NCBI GenBank assembly: GCA_041666225.1
Contig: JBAYHJ010000005.1
Location: 2,320 to 66,319 of the forward strand
DNA from: Minisyncoccota bacterium
Lineage (GTDB): Bacteria; Patescibacteriota; Minisyncoccia; Phycocordibacterales; UBA9973
DNA: 64,000 nucleotides
Reading direction: 5' to 3'
A model generated the notes under the pieces. The model was not told where the DNA came from. It did no database searches and saw only the letters and a program-made list of their open reading frames with translations. Of this stretch, positions 20,403 to 30,496 are shown one piece after another. Each line of letters starts with the position of its first letter. Position 1 is the first letter of the stretch. The translations under genes were made by a program, and so were the position numbers.

Positions 20403-21453
20403 TGCTTTAAAAATATTTTTACCGGCAGTAATAAGTTTCATTGTTGGATTACTTCTAACTCCAGTTGCAACACATTATTTTTATAAATATAAAATGTGGC
20501 GTAGGGTTTCAAGAAACAATAATATTTCAGCAGAAAAATTAGAAGGATTTTCAAAGATTCATGACCATGTAGCTGAAGTCTCGACTCCACGTACGGGTGG
20601 TATGATAATTTGGATATCAGTCATCTTGACCGTTGCTGTTGTTTGGTTTATTGATATTTTATTTCAATATGATTCAATAAATAAATTTTATTTTATTAGT
20701 CGAGCTCAAACACTCTTGCCATTTTTTACACTAGTTGTGGCTTCACTCATTGGTTTAGGTGATGATTTTTTGCAAATTTTTGGACGAGGAAAATGGACAA
20801 CGGATCCAATTATTTTAAGATACATAAAAATAGGAATCATTTTAACACTTGGTCTTGTTATAGGACTTTGGTTTTATTTTAAACTAGGAGTTTCTGATTT
20901 ATATATTCCTTGGTATGGTTTTATAAATTTAGGTTATTTGTTTATTCCATTTTTTATTTTAATAATGCTTTCCTTATGGTCATCTAGTGTCATCGATGGA
21001 GTAGATGGTCTCTCAGGTGGAGTTCTTGCTTCAATCTTTATGGCTTATACACTTATAGCTTTCTTTAACAATCAAACAGATATTGCTACTTTTTGTGCGG
21101 TTATTACTGGAGCAATAATTGCTTTCTTGTGGTTCAATATTCCTCCTGCCCGTTTTTATATGGGTGAATCTGGAATGATTGGTCTTACTGTAACTCTCGC
21201 TGTTTTAGCCTTTATGACTGATACAGTTTTACTTCTTCCAATTATTGCTTTTCCGCTTTTTATCACATCACTTTCAGATGTTATTCAGATTACTTCACGA
21301 AAACTTAGAAATGGAAAAAAAGTATTCTTATTTGCTCCACTCCATCATCATTTTGAAGCTATGGGGTGGCCAAAATACAAAGTAACTATGCGTTACTGGA
21401 TCGTAGGAGTAATGACATCAATAATAGGAGTAATTATTTCTATTTTAAATTAA
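20395..21453 (+). CDS. mraY: Phospho-N-acetylmuramoyl-pentapeptide transferase (glycosyltransferase family 4)
   Basis: 10-TM protein with DDF, VIDGVDGLSGG and HHHFE motifs; followed by ftsW and murG. Confidence 0.75.
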   Translation: MTNALKIFLPAVISFIVGLLLTPVATHYFYKYKMWRRVSRNNNISAEKLEGFSKIHDHVAEVSTPRTGGMIIWISVILTVAVVWFIDILFQYDSINKFYFISRAQTLLPFFTLVVASLIGLGDDFLQIFGRGKWTTDPIILRYIKIGIILTLGLVIGLWFYFKLGVSDLYIPWYGFINLGYLFIPFFILIMLSLWSSSVIDGVDGLSGGVLASIFMAYTLIAFFNNQTDIATFCAVITGAIIAFLWFNIPPARFYMGESGMIGLTVTLAVLAFMTDTVLLLPIIAFPLFITSLSDVIQITSRKLRNGKKVFLFAPLHHHFEAMGWPKYKVTMRYWIVGVMTSIIGVIISILN

Positions 21454-21456
21454 ATA

Positions 21457-22572
21457 ATGAAAAAGTCCCCAATAGATAAAATTTTTTTTGGTATTGTTAT
21501 CACTCTAGTAGTGATAGGGTTAATTACTTTTACTTCGGCTTCTCTAGGAATACTTGCTAAAAATGAAGCAAAGTTTTATGGGGTAATTTTCAGTCAGTTT
21601 ATATTTGGATTTTTGGCCGGATTGATAGCTTTATATGTTGGATTAAAAATACCGTATAAATTTTTTAGACAATATTCTTTAATTTTATTTATTCTATCTA
21701 TTATTTTAACTGCACTTGTATTGATTCCAGGAATTGGACAGATTCACGGGGGGGCGCGTAGATGGATAAATATTTTAGGATACTCATTTCAGCCTGTTGA
21801 ATTTTTAAAAATTGGATTTATTATTTATTTTTCTGCTTGGTTATCTTGGGTAAAAGGGAAAGTTAAAGATCCGATGTTTAGTATTTTGCCACTTATTGTG
21901 TCTCTTGGTATTATCGCTGCTGTTTTATTAAAACAACCAGATACAAAAAGTATAATTCTTATATTTATAACTGCACTTACGATGCTGTTTGTTTCTGGCA
22001 CGCCAGTAAAATATATTTTAAGTTTTTTTGGTATAGCGATTGTTCTGGCTATAATTTTAGTTTCTTTTCAACCTTACCTAAGAGAACGAGTTAATACTTT
22101 TATTAATCCAAGTCAAAATAGCCAGGGTTCGTCATATCAATTACAACAATCATTAATCGCTGTTGGTTCAGGTGGGATTTTGGGTAGAGGTTTGGGGCAA
22201 AGTATTCAAAAATTTAATTATTTACCTGAACCACAAGGGGACTCTATCTTTGCAGTTATTGGAGAAGAAGTTGGATTTTTGGGTTGTGTTATTTTAATTA
22301 TTTTATATGTGGCATTTGCTTTACGCGGATATCGAATTGCTATTAGAAATGCCCCAGATTCATTTGCTAAATTACTTGTGATTGGTTTTATTACCATCAT
22401 AACAGCACAATCTTTCATGAATATCGCTTCTATTATTGGAGTTTTTCCACTTACTGGTGTACCTTTAGTTTTTATTTCTCAAGGGGGGACAGCCTTGCTT
22501 CTTTCACTAGGAATGATGGGTATTGTTCTGAATATTTCTCGTTTTCAAGGAAAGCCCATGCTGGAAAGATAG
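21457..22572 (+). CDS. ftsW: SEDS-family peptidoglycan polymerase FtsW/RodA
   Basis: QPDTKS, GSGGILGRGLGQS...LPEPQGDSIFAVIGEE SEDS signature; between mraY and murG. Confidence 0.8.
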   Translation: MKKSPIDKIFFGIVITLVVIGLITFTSASLGILAKNEAKFYGVIFSQFIFGFLAGLIALYVGLKIPYKFFRQYSLILFILSIILTALVLIPGIGQIHGGARRWINILGYSFQPVEFLKIGFIIYFSAWLSWVKGKVKDPMFSILPLIVSLGIIAAVLLKQPDTKSIILIFITALTMLFVSGTPVKYILSFFGIAIVLAIILVSFQPYLRERVNTFINPSQNSQGSSYQLQQSLIAVGSGGILGRGLGQSIQKFNYLPEPQGDSIFAVIGEEVGFLGCVILIILYVAFALRGYRIAIRNAPDSFAKLLVIGFITIITAQSFMNIASIIGVFPLTGVPLVFISQGGTALLLSLGMMGIVLNISRFQGKPMLER

Positions 22573-22599
22573 AACTAAATAATATATAATCAATAACAT

Positions 22600-23724
22600 A
22601 TGAAAATATTACTTACAGGAGGTGGAACAGGAGGACATTTTTATCCTCTTATTGCTATTGCAGAAAAACTTACAGAAATAGCTGACAAAGAAAAAATTAT
22701 TGATTTGAAACTTTATTATATGTCCGATAAGCCATACGACAAACGTTTGCTTTTTGAGAATAAAATTACTTTCGTACCGATTACTTCTGGTAAAATGCGA
22801 ACATATTTTTCTATAAATAATTTTTTTGATATTTTTAAAACAGCGACCGGTGCACTTTTTGGTCTCATTAGTATGTTTTTTATTTATCCAGATGTAGTTA
22901 TCTCAAAAGGAGGTTATGCTGCTTTTCCCGCAGTCTTTGCAGCAAAATTACTTCGAATTCCTGTTATTGTTCATGAATCAGATTCATTCCCGGGCAGACT
23001 CAATGTTTGGACAGCAAAATTTGCTTGGCATGTGGCTATATCGTGGCCAGAAGCAGCCGAATATTTACCAGAAGGTAAAACGGCTCTTACTGGTCAGCCA
23101 ATTCGTAAAGAGATATTGCACGGTGACCCAAATGGAGCCCATCAATTTTTTAAACTTAATCCCGATCTGCCTGTGATTCTTGTTGTGGGTGGTTCTCAAG
23201 GAGCTCAGATGATAAATGATATTATCGTAGACACACTTCCTGAATTACTTTCTAGATATCAGATTATTCATCAGGCCGGAATAAACAATATTGATAGTGT
23301 TAGTTCTCGAGCAAAATTATTAATGGAAAATAATCCCAACATGTCTAGGTATGCTCCTGTGTCTTATTTAAACAATCTTGCGACTCGTATGGCCGCTGGA
23401 TGTGCTGACCTAGTTATTTCACGTGCAGGTTCAGCAATATTTGAGATAGCATCATGGGGTGTACCTTCAATAATTATTCCGATTACAAATTCAAATGGAG
23501 ACCATCAAAGAAAAAATGCTTTCAATTATGCAAGAACTGGAGCGTGTGAAGTTATTGAAGAAAGTAATTTATCTTCCCATCTACTCGTTTCTGAAATAGA
23601 TAAAATTCTTTCCTCTTCTTCAAAACTAGCGAAGATGAAAGAAAGCGCTTTATCTTTTGCTTCACCAGAAGCCGCAGAGAAAATAGCTCAATCCGCAATA
23701 GACATAGCTCTGACTCATGAATAA
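22600..23724 (+). CDS. murG: UDP-N-acetylglucosamine--N-acetylmuramyl-(pentapeptide) pyrophosphoryl-undecaprenol N-acetylglucosamine transferase
   Basis: MKILLTGGGTGGHFYPLIAIAEKL N-terminal G-loop, GT-B C-terminal GGSQGA motif. Confidence 0.85.
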   Translation: MKILLTGGGTGGHFYPLIAIAEKLTEIADKEKIIDLKLYYMSDKPYDKRLLFENKITFVPITSGKMRTYFSINNFFDIFKTATGALFGLISMFFIYPDVVISKGGYAAFPAVFAAKLLRIPVIVHESDSFPGRLNVWTAKFAWHVAISWPEAAEYLPEGKTALTGQPIRKEILHGDPNGAHQFFKLNPDLPVILVVGGSQGAQMINDIIVDTLPELLSRYQIIHQAGINNIDSVSSRAKLLMENNPNMSRYAPVSYLNNLATRMAAGCADLVISRAGSAIFEIASWGVPSIIIPITNSNGDHQRKNAFNYARTGACEVIEESNLSSHLLVSEIDKILSSSSKLAKMKESALSFASPEAAEKIAQSAIDIALTHE

Positions 23725-25174
23725 TAATTATATGGATAAAAATACAAACACAAAAGTTATTACTCGTTTTGCTCCTTCACCGACTGGCTTTATGCATGTG
23801 GGAGGTATTCGCACTGCGCTTTATGCATATCTATGGGCAAAGAAAAATAATGGAACCTTTATTTTGCGTATTGAAGATACTGATAAAGCAAGAGAAGTTC
23901 CTGGTTCAATTGAACATATAATGAAAGCTCTCAAATGGATGGGCCTTGATTGGGATGAAGGTCCTGATATAGGAGGACCAAATGCTCCGTACAAACAATC
24001 TGAAAGACTAGAATCATATAAAAAATATGCACAAATTTTAATTAAAAAAGGCTTAGCTTATGCAGATCCTTACACAGAAGAAGAGGTTGAAGTTTTTCGT
24101 AAAAAAGCTGATGAAGAAAAAAGACCATTTTTATATAGAGAACATCGTCCCGATAACCCTCCTATTTGGGATGGATCTAAACCACTTCGTTTTAAAGTGC
24201 CTCTTATAAAACGTTATGAATGGAATGATTTGGTTTTTGGAAATCTTTCAGCTGGACCAGAAGCATTGGATGATTTTATCTTAATAAAAAGTGATGGCTA
24301 TCCTACTTATAATTTTGCTCATGTTATAGATGATCTTGAAATGCAAATAACTCATGTTATGCGGGGACAAGAATTTATTTCTTCTGTTCCTAAATATTTA
24401 TCTCTTTATGATGCTCTTGAAATAGAAAGGCCTCTTTTTGCAACATTACCACCTATAATGGGTAAGGACGGGAATAAAAAATTAGGAAAAAGAGATGGAG
24501 CAAAAGATGTACTTGATTATCCGAAAGAAGGATACTTGCCAGAAGCTATGATGAATTTCTTAGCATTTTTAGGATGGAATCCAGGTGGAGAAAAAGAAAT
24601 TTATACAAAGGATGAACTTATAAATGTTTTTGATATTTCGAGAATTGGACATTCTGGAGCTCAGTGGAATGATGATAAACTTGATTGGATTAATAAGGAA
24701 TATATTAAAAAACTTTCCACAAATGAATTAAAGGATAAAATTTTTGAATGGTTGCCAGAAGAATTAAAAATAGAAAAACTTATTTCGGTTATAACTGAGA
24801 GAATCTCAAAATTCGGAGATATTAAAACAATGGTAGATACTGGTGAGCTTGATTTTTATTATAAGAAACCAAATTATAATAAAGACAAATTAACTTATAA
24901 GAATTCTACAGAGACGGCACTTTCAAATAATTTAAATAATGCAGTTAGTAGTTTGTCCGAAATTGATGAGATTAATTTTAATAAAGAAACTGTAAAAGAT
25001 TCATTAAATAAAATTATAAGTGCTACTGGAATAAAAAGTGGAGAGATTTTGCACCCCGTACGTTTTGCATTATCTGGTTTAGATAAATCACCAGATCCAT
25101 TTATTTTGTCTGAGATTCTGGGTAAAAATGAAACTATTGAACGTTTAAATAATGCAATAAATTTCTTAAAATAG
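23717..25174 (+). CDS. gltX: Glutamyl-tRNA synthetase
   Basis: RFAPSPTGFMHVGGIRTALY (HIGH), KLGKRDG (KMSKS-like). Confidence 0.9.
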   Translation: MNNNYMDKNTNTKVITRFAPSPTGFMHVGGIRTALYAYLWAKKNNGTFILRIEDTDKAREVPGSIEHIMKALKWMGLDWDEGPDIGGPNAPYKQSERLESYKKYAQILIKKGLAYADPYTEEEVEVFRKKADEEKRPFLYREHRPDNPPIWDGSKPLRFKVPLIKRYEWNDLVFGNLSAGPEALDDFILIKSDGYPTYNFAHVIDDLEMQITHVMRGQEFISSVPKYLSLYDALEIERPLFATLPPIMGKDGNKKLGKRDGAKDVLDYPKEGYLPEAMMNFLAFLGWNPGGEKEIYTKDELINVFDISRIGHSGAQWNDDKLDWINKEYIKKLSTNELKDKIFEWLPEELKIEKLISVITERISKFGDIKTMVDTGELDFYYKKPNYNKDKLTYKNSTETALSNNLNNAVSSLSEIDEINFNKETVKDSLNKIISATGIKSGEILHPVRFALSGLDKSPDPFILSEILGKNETIERLNNAINFLK

Positions 25175-25188
25175 TATACTGTAAGGTA

Positions 25189-26466
25189 TTGATGAAAAAA
25201 TTAGTATTTTTTATTATTTTAATAGGTTTCTGCCTATATTTACTACCTATAGGAGTATTCGCTTTGACGGCAAGTGATGTCAGAAAACAGATTGATGATA
25301 CAAATAGCCAGATAGAGGCTCTGGATCGTGAGATTTTACAATATCAGTCTAAAATTACTAAAACTAGTACTGAGAAAAATACGCTTGCTAACGTAATCAA
25401 AGAACTAACTTTAACTAGAAGTAAATTAATAAAAGAACGTGAACAAATTCAGAAAAAAATTACAGCAACAGGGCTTGTGATAAATACACTTTCTAGTGAT
25501 ATAAAAGATAAGGAAAATTCTATTTCTATTTCTAAAAAATCATTAAGTCAGATGATAAAAGATTTAAATCAAAATGATGATATTCCTGTTGTAGAACGCC
25601 TTCTTACTGTAGATAATTTTTCTGATTTTAGTCGGGAATATAATAATTTACTTACATTAAATCAAAAAATTAAAGAAAATATCACAGAAGTATCTATTAA
25701 AAAAGAAGTTCTTTCCACAACAAAAAATCAAAAAGAAAGTGAGCAACAAAATTTAAATACTCTTAAAAATAATCTAGTTCAAAAAGAAAAAGTTGTTGCA
25801 ATTACTAAAAATGAAAAAGATACTCTATTAATTCAAACAAAAAATAAAGAAGCTGAATATCAAAAACTTCTTGCTGAAAAAATAAAAAAACGAGATGCTT
25901 TTGATAAGGCACTCGAGGATTATGAGGCTCAACTCAAATTTATTTTAAATCCTAAAATTTTACCAAAATCAGGTTCTGGTGTGTTGTCTTGGCCGCTTAG
26001 TTATGTATTAATAACTTCTCCGTTTGGTGAAAGATGGGGTAAATTTCATTATGGATTAGATTTTAGAGCTTCAGTTGGAACTCAAGTTATGGCTATGGCC
26101 TCTGGTGTTGTAGAGGGCACAGGGGATACAGATATCGCTTGTAAGGGTGCATCATTTGGTAAATGGGTTTTTATTAGATATAATAATGGTCTTTCTAGTA
26201 CTTATGGTCACTTATCAGTAATATCTGCAAAAGTTGGGCAGAAAGTAAAGGCTGGTGATATTGTAGGTCTATCTGGTAATACAGGTTCTTCTACTGGTCC
26301 ACATTTGCATGTAGGAATTTATGCTTCAACTGGAGTAAAAGTTGATACTGTACCAAGTAAAAGTTGTAATGGTAAAATATTTACTCAACCGATTGCAGCT
26401 CTAAATGCATACTTAGACCCAGCTCTTTATTTACCTAAAATAACTTCCGAAATGGTTAAAAAATAG
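25189..26466 (+). CDS. M23-family metallopeptidase with N-terminal signal peptide and long coiled coil (EnvC-like)
   Basis: HYGLDFRA...GNTGSSTGPHLHVGIY (HxxxD and HxH zinc motifs); N-terminal heptad-rich region. Confidence 0.8.
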   Translation: MMKKLVFFIILIGFCLYLLPIGVFALTASDVRKQIDDTNSQIEALDREILQYQSKITKTSTEKNTLANVIKELTLTRSKLIKEREQIQKKITATGLVINTLSSDIKDKENSISISKKSLSQMIKDLNQNDDIPVVERLLTVDNFSDFSREYNNLLTLNQKIKENITEVSIKKEVLSTTKNQKESEQQNLNTLKNNLVQKEKVVAITKNEKDTLLIQTKNKEAEYQKLLAEKIKKRDAFDKALEDYEAQLKFILNPKILPKSGSGVLSWPLSYVLITSPFGERWGKFHYGLDFRASVGTQVMAMASGVVEGTGDTDIACKGASFGKWVFIRYNNGLSSTYGHLSVISAKVGQKVKAGDIVGLSGNTGSSTGPHLHVGIYASTGVKVDTVPSKSCNGKIFTQPIAALNAYLDPALYLPKITSEMVKK

Positions 26467-26510
26467 TTTTTAATTTGCACAATATTTTAATTTAATGTTA
26501 TAATGTATTT

Positions 26511-26828
26511 ATGAATGATGACGAAAGAAAACCAAGATTACACATAAATATAGGAGGATTAATTATTCTTATAATAATCATTCTTATTTTATTTAAAGTT
26601 GACATTAAATCAAAAATAAAATCTCCTCAATTTCAAAAAAATGTGACTTACATAGAGGACACCGTAAAAGGTTTTTATGTAAAATACATCGCGAATCCTC
26701 TAAAAATAAAAGCTAGTGGTTTGTTTAGAGATGTTTCAAATGAGGGCGTAAAAAAGATGCAGGATAATTTTAATAATACTATTTTTAAAGTTCCAAGTAA
26801 TAAAGATATAGAAAAAGCCACCAATTAA
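26511..26828 (+). CDS. Small hypothetical protein with N-terminal TM helix
   Basis: 105-aa ORF, one TM segment (LIILIIIILILF), ends at a terminator. Confidence 0.35.
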   Translation: MNDDERKPRLHINIGGLIILIIIILILFKVDIKSKIKSPQFQKNVTYIEDTVKGFYVKYIANPLKIKASGLFRDVSNEGVKKMQDNFNNTIFKVPSNKDIEKATN

Positions 26829-26856
26829 AAAAACCTAGTTTATCTAGGTTTTTTTA
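26826..26856. terminator. Bidirectional rho-independent terminator
   Basis: aaaaaacctag-tttat-ctaggttttttt; lies between the + strand ORF and the minus-strand tRNA-Leu. Confidence 0.5.
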
Positions 26857-26860
26857 ATTG

Positions 26861-26942
26861 TGCCCGAGGTGGGAATCGAACCCACATCCCTTACGAGACA
26901 CGATTTTAAGTCGTGCGCGTATACCAGTTCCGCCACTCGGGC
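26861..26942 (-). tRNA. tRNA-Leu(TAA), class II with long variable arm, no encoded CCA
   Basis: Reverse complement folds as acceptor GCCCGAG/CTCGGGC, D-arm GCG-GAACTGGTATA-CGC, anticodon stem CACGA/TCGTG with loop CTTAAAA, 13-nt variable arm, T-arm GTGGG-TTCGATT-CCCAC. Confidence 0.85.
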
Positions 26943-27015
26943 ATATACAATAAATGGCTACAGAATTATAATTACATAATTTTCAAAAAATTACAAATTT
27001 TGTTATACTCAAAAT

Positions 27016-28434
27016 ATGTCTAAACAGTATTATACAACTATAGGTCTTGAAGTTCATGCCGAATTAAATACTAATTCAAAAATGTTTTGTGGCTGTATTA
27101 ATAACCCAGACGAGAAAACTCCAAATGTTAATATATGCCCAATATGTATGGCACACCCTGGAACTCTTCCTGTTATCAATAAAAAGGCCGTAGAGAGTGT
27201 CATCCGAGTTGGTCTTGCTATAGGTGCGAATATCGCCGACTTTACTGAATTCGATCGTAAGAATTATTTTTACCCAGATATACCAAAAGCATATCAGATT
27301 TCTCAATACAAATTCCCAATAGTTTCTGGGGGTAAGTTAAATGGAGTAGATATTACTCGCATACACCTAGAGGAAGATACTGCAACTTCAAAACACGATA
27401 AAGGAGACTATTCTTTAGTTGATTTTAACCGTGCGGGAGTACCTTTAATGGAACTTGTAACTGAACCAGTTATTCACTCGTCTAAAGAAGCGGGAGATTT
27501 TGGGAGAGAACTTCAATTACTTTTGAAATATTTAGGTGTCTCTGAAGCAAATATGGAAAAGGGTCAAATGCGAGTTGAGCTCAATATTTCAATTTCAGAA
27601 GATAAAGAAAAACTTGGAACTAAATGTGAAATAAAAAACATTAACTCTTTCCGAGCTGTTGAACGTGCCGCTGAATACGAAATCAAGCGAATGTCGAAAC
27701 TTTTAGACGAAGGAAGGGAGGATGAAATTGTTCAGGAAACTCGCGGTTGGGATGAAAATAAACAATCTACTTTTTCTCAGCGTTCAAAAGAAAATGCAAA
27801 TGATTATAGATATTTTCCAGACCCAGATTTACCAAAATTGTTTTTGAGTAAAGTTTTTGACTTAGAGTCATTAAAAAGTGAATTACCTGAACTACCTGAA
27901 GCTAAACGTACTCGATATCGAAGTGATTTTGGAATTAAAGATGAAGATATTGAAAGTTATATCACAGATCAAGAACTTGGTTTATGGTTTGAGGGAGTAG
28001 CTAATTTATTAAACAATAATAAAGAACTCATAAAAACCGCATCAAATTATATTACTTCCGACTATCTAGGGCTAAAAAAGACATTGTTGGAAGTCCGACT
28101 TCCAACAATTCGAAATTTTACTGAACTTATGAATATGGTCAGTGATAGTAAAATATCATCTCGTGTAGCAAAAGATATACTTGCGATTATTGTCTTGAAA
28201 GATGAATCACCAATGAAAATCGCCGAGGAAAAAGGACTAATACAAAACCACGACGAAGGAGCACTAAAAGAAATCGTTCAAAAAATTATCGACGCAAATC
28301 CTGAAGTCGTGGCAACATATAAAGGTGGCAAAGAAAATGCCATTATGTCTTTAGTTGGTCAAGTAATGAAAGAATCAAAGGGCTCAGCTAACCCACAACT
28401 TGTTCAAAAATTATTAAAAGAATTACTTGCATGA
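27016..28434 (+). CDS. gatB: Asp-tRNA(Asn)/Glu-tRNA(Gln) amidotransferase subunit B
   Basis: N-terminal YYTTIGLEVHAELNT...KMFCGC, conserved GatB core and C-terminal YqeY-like domain. Confidence 0.9.
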   Translation: MSKQYYTTIGLEVHAELNTNSKMFCGCINNPDEKTPNVNICPICMAHPGTLPVINKKAVESVIRVGLAIGANIADFTEFDRKNYFYPDIPKAYQISQYKFPIVSGGKLNGVDITRIHLEEDTATSKHDKGDYSLVDFNRAGVPLMELVTEPVIHSSKEAGDFGRELQLLLKYLGVSEANMEKGQMRVELNISISEDKEKLGTKCEIKNINSFRAVERAAEYEIKRMSKLLDEGREDEIVQETRGWDENKQSTFSQRSKENANDYRYFPDPDLPKLFLSKVFDLESLKSELPELPEAKRTRYRSDFGIKDEDIESYITDQELGLWFEGVANLLNNNKELIKTASNYITSDYLGLKKTLLEVRLPTIRNFTELMNMVSDSKISSRVAKDILAIIVLKDESPMKIAEEKGLIQNHDEGALKEIVQKIIDANPEVVATYKGGKENAIMSLVGQVMKESKGSANPQLVQKLLKELLA

Positions 28435-28666
28435 TATGAATAAAGTGAAGCTAGGTAAATATAGACATTACAAAGGAGGTATTTACGAAGTTATTGGAGT
28501 CGCTCGCCACAGTGAATATCCAGATCAAGAGCTAGTTATTTACACCCATCCAAATGAAGATGGCACAGAACAATTGTGGGCAAGACCAATTGAAATGTTT
28601 AAAGAAAACGTCGAAACAGAAAATTATAAGGGGGCTAGAGGTTTGAATACTTGGGTCAATAAGTAG
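28427..28666 (+). CDS. DUF1653-family small protein
   Basis: YRHYKGGIYEVIGVARHSE...LVIYT pattern characteristic of DUF1653. Confidence 0.55.
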   Translation: MHDMNKVKLGKYRHYKGGIYEVIGVARHSEYPDQELVIYTHPNEDGTEQLWARPIEMFKENVETENYKGARGLNTWVNK

Positions 28667-28678
28667 TATAATATTAAA

Positions 28679-29428
28679 ATGAATTTACTAAACAAAGTAG
28701 TATTAATTACAGGATCATCCAGTGGAATTGGGGAAGTTATTGCAAAAGCTTTTGCTAAAGAGGGATGCAAAGTAATAATTAACTGTAACAAAAATATAGA
28801 TAGTGCTAATAAAATCGTCCAAGATATTAACTCGTCTGGCGGTCAAGCCTTTTTCGTTCAAACTAATGTCTGGAAACAAAAAGATGTGGATGGCATGTTT
28901 AGAACAATTATTGATAAATTTGGAACATTAGATATTTTAATAAATAACGCTGGTGTAGCTAGAAGTAAAAAATTTTTAGAAACTAATTATGATGATTGGA
29001 TTCAAGAATTTAATGATAATTTTTTTGGTGCTGTTTTGTGTTCCCAAAAAGCCGCCCCAATTATGTTGAAGCAAAAATCTGGAGTAATTTTAAATACTTC
29101 TTCTATTAGGGGACTTTTGCAGACAGGAAGAGAGGGGATTATGCCATATTCAGCAGCCAAATCAGCTATAAATAATTTTACAAAAACTCTAGCAAAAGAA
29201 TTGGCACCAAATATACGAGTAAATGCAGTTGCTCCAGGTTTTACATATACACCAAATTATGATAAAAATTCTGCAGAAATGAATGATAGTTTTATCGAAA
29301 AAACATATATTAAACGATTTATAAAACCCATTGAAATAGCCGAGGCATTTATATATTTAGCAAAAGCAGATGCGGTTACGGGAGAAATACTAGTTGTTGA
29401 TGGAGGATTTACGTTAAAAGATGGTTAA
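28679..29428 (+). CDS. Short-chain dehydrogenase/reductase (FabG-like)
   Basis: TGSSSGIG Rossmann motif, NNAG, catalytic YSAAKSA (YxxxK). Confidence 0.8.
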   Translation: MNLLNKVVLITGSSSGIGEVIAKAFAKEGCKVIINCNKNIDSANKIVQDINSSGGQAFFVQTNVWKQKDVDGMFRTIIDKFGTLDILINNAGVARSKKFLETNYDDWIQEFNDNFFGAVLCSQKAAPIMLKQKSGVILNTSSIRGLLQTGREGIMPYSAAKSAINNFTKTLAKELAPNIRVNAVAPGFTYTPNYDKNSAEMNDSFIEKTYIKRFIKPIEIAEAFIYLAKADAVTGEILVVDGGFTLKDG

Positions 29429-29466
29429 AATATTATTCACTAATTTTATTAATTAAAAAATATACA

Positions 29467-30495
29467 ATGAATAAAAAAATAAAGGTAGCTATTAATGGTT
29501 TTGGAAGAATCGGTCGGGCATTTTTGAAAATTGTTTGGGATCGTGATGATATTGAAATTGTCGCCATTAATGACTTGGGTTCGATTGCAAGCTTATCATA
29601 TTTACTTCGTCACGATACTGTTTATCGTAACTGGGATCACAAAATAGAAGCAAATGGAACTGATTTAGTTATTGATGGAAAAGTTATTAAATATATCTCT
29701 GAGAAAGATACAACAAAACTCCCTTGGAAAGATTTAGATATTGATGTTGTTGTTGAATCAACAGGTCTCTTTACTTCGTTTGATAAAGCAAAATTCCATA
29801 TTGATTGCGGAGCCAAGAAGGTTGTCATCAGTGCTCCTTCAAAAGGAGCCGAGAGTACTATTCATGGTGAGACAATTCTTTTGGGTATAAATGAAGAAAA
29901 GTTTGGAACATGCGATATTACTTCCAATGCTTCTTGTACGACAAATGCAGCTTCGCCACTTATCGCTATAATGCACGAGAGTATTGGTATAGAGAAAGCC
30001 ATTTTAAATACTGTTCATGGATATACTGCGACTCAAGCCCTAGTTGATGGCCCAAGCAAGAAAGATCTTCGTGAGGGTCGTGCAGCAGCTCAAAACATCA
30101 TTCCTAGCTCTACAGGAGCCGCTATTGCCGTTACAGAAGCCTTTCCAGTATTGAAAGGTTTATTTGATGGTATATCTATACGTGTACCAGTTCCAGTAGG
30201 ATCAATCGTAGATATTACATTCATTGCTAAGAGAGATACAACAAAAGAAGAAGTAAATGAAATTATGAAAAAAGCCTCAGAAGATCCTTGCTGGGAAAAA
30301 TTATTTGCAGTTACAGAAGATCATCTAGTCTCAAGTGATATCCTTGGAGAGAGTCACCCTTGTATAGCTGACCTAGAAATGACTCGTGTCGTTGGTGGGA
30401 ACCTCGTCAAAGTTCTCGGCTGGTATGACAACGAAATGGGGTATACATATACACTAGTCGATCATGTAATTAAAACAGGTTTAACTATTAAATAA
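29467..30495 (+). CDS. gap: Glyceraldehyde-3-phosphate dehydrogenase
   Basis: VAINGFGRIGR NAD-binding motif, active-site SNASCTTN. Confidence 0.9.
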   Translation: MNKKIKVAINGFGRIGRAFLKIVWDRDDIEIVAINDLGSIASLSYLLRHDTVYRNWDHKIEANGTDLVIDGKVIKYISEKDTTKLPWKDLDIDVVVESTGLFTSFDKAKFHIDCGAKKVVISAPSKGAESTIHGETILLGINEEKFGTCDITSNASCTTNAASPLIAIMHESIGIEKAILNTVHGYTATQALVDGPSKKDLREGRAAAQNIIPSSTGAAIAVTEAFPVLKGLFDGISIRVPVPVGSIVDITFIAKRDTTKEEVNEIMKKASEDPCWEKLFAVTEDHLVSSDILGESHPCIADLEMTRVVGGNLVKVLGWYDNEMGYTYTLVDHVIKTGLTIK

Positions 30496-30496
30496 T

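Noticed and set aside
22916-23176. Alternative-frame 86-aa ORF inside murG
   Set aside because: Fully contained in the well-supported murG reading frame on the same strand in a different frame.
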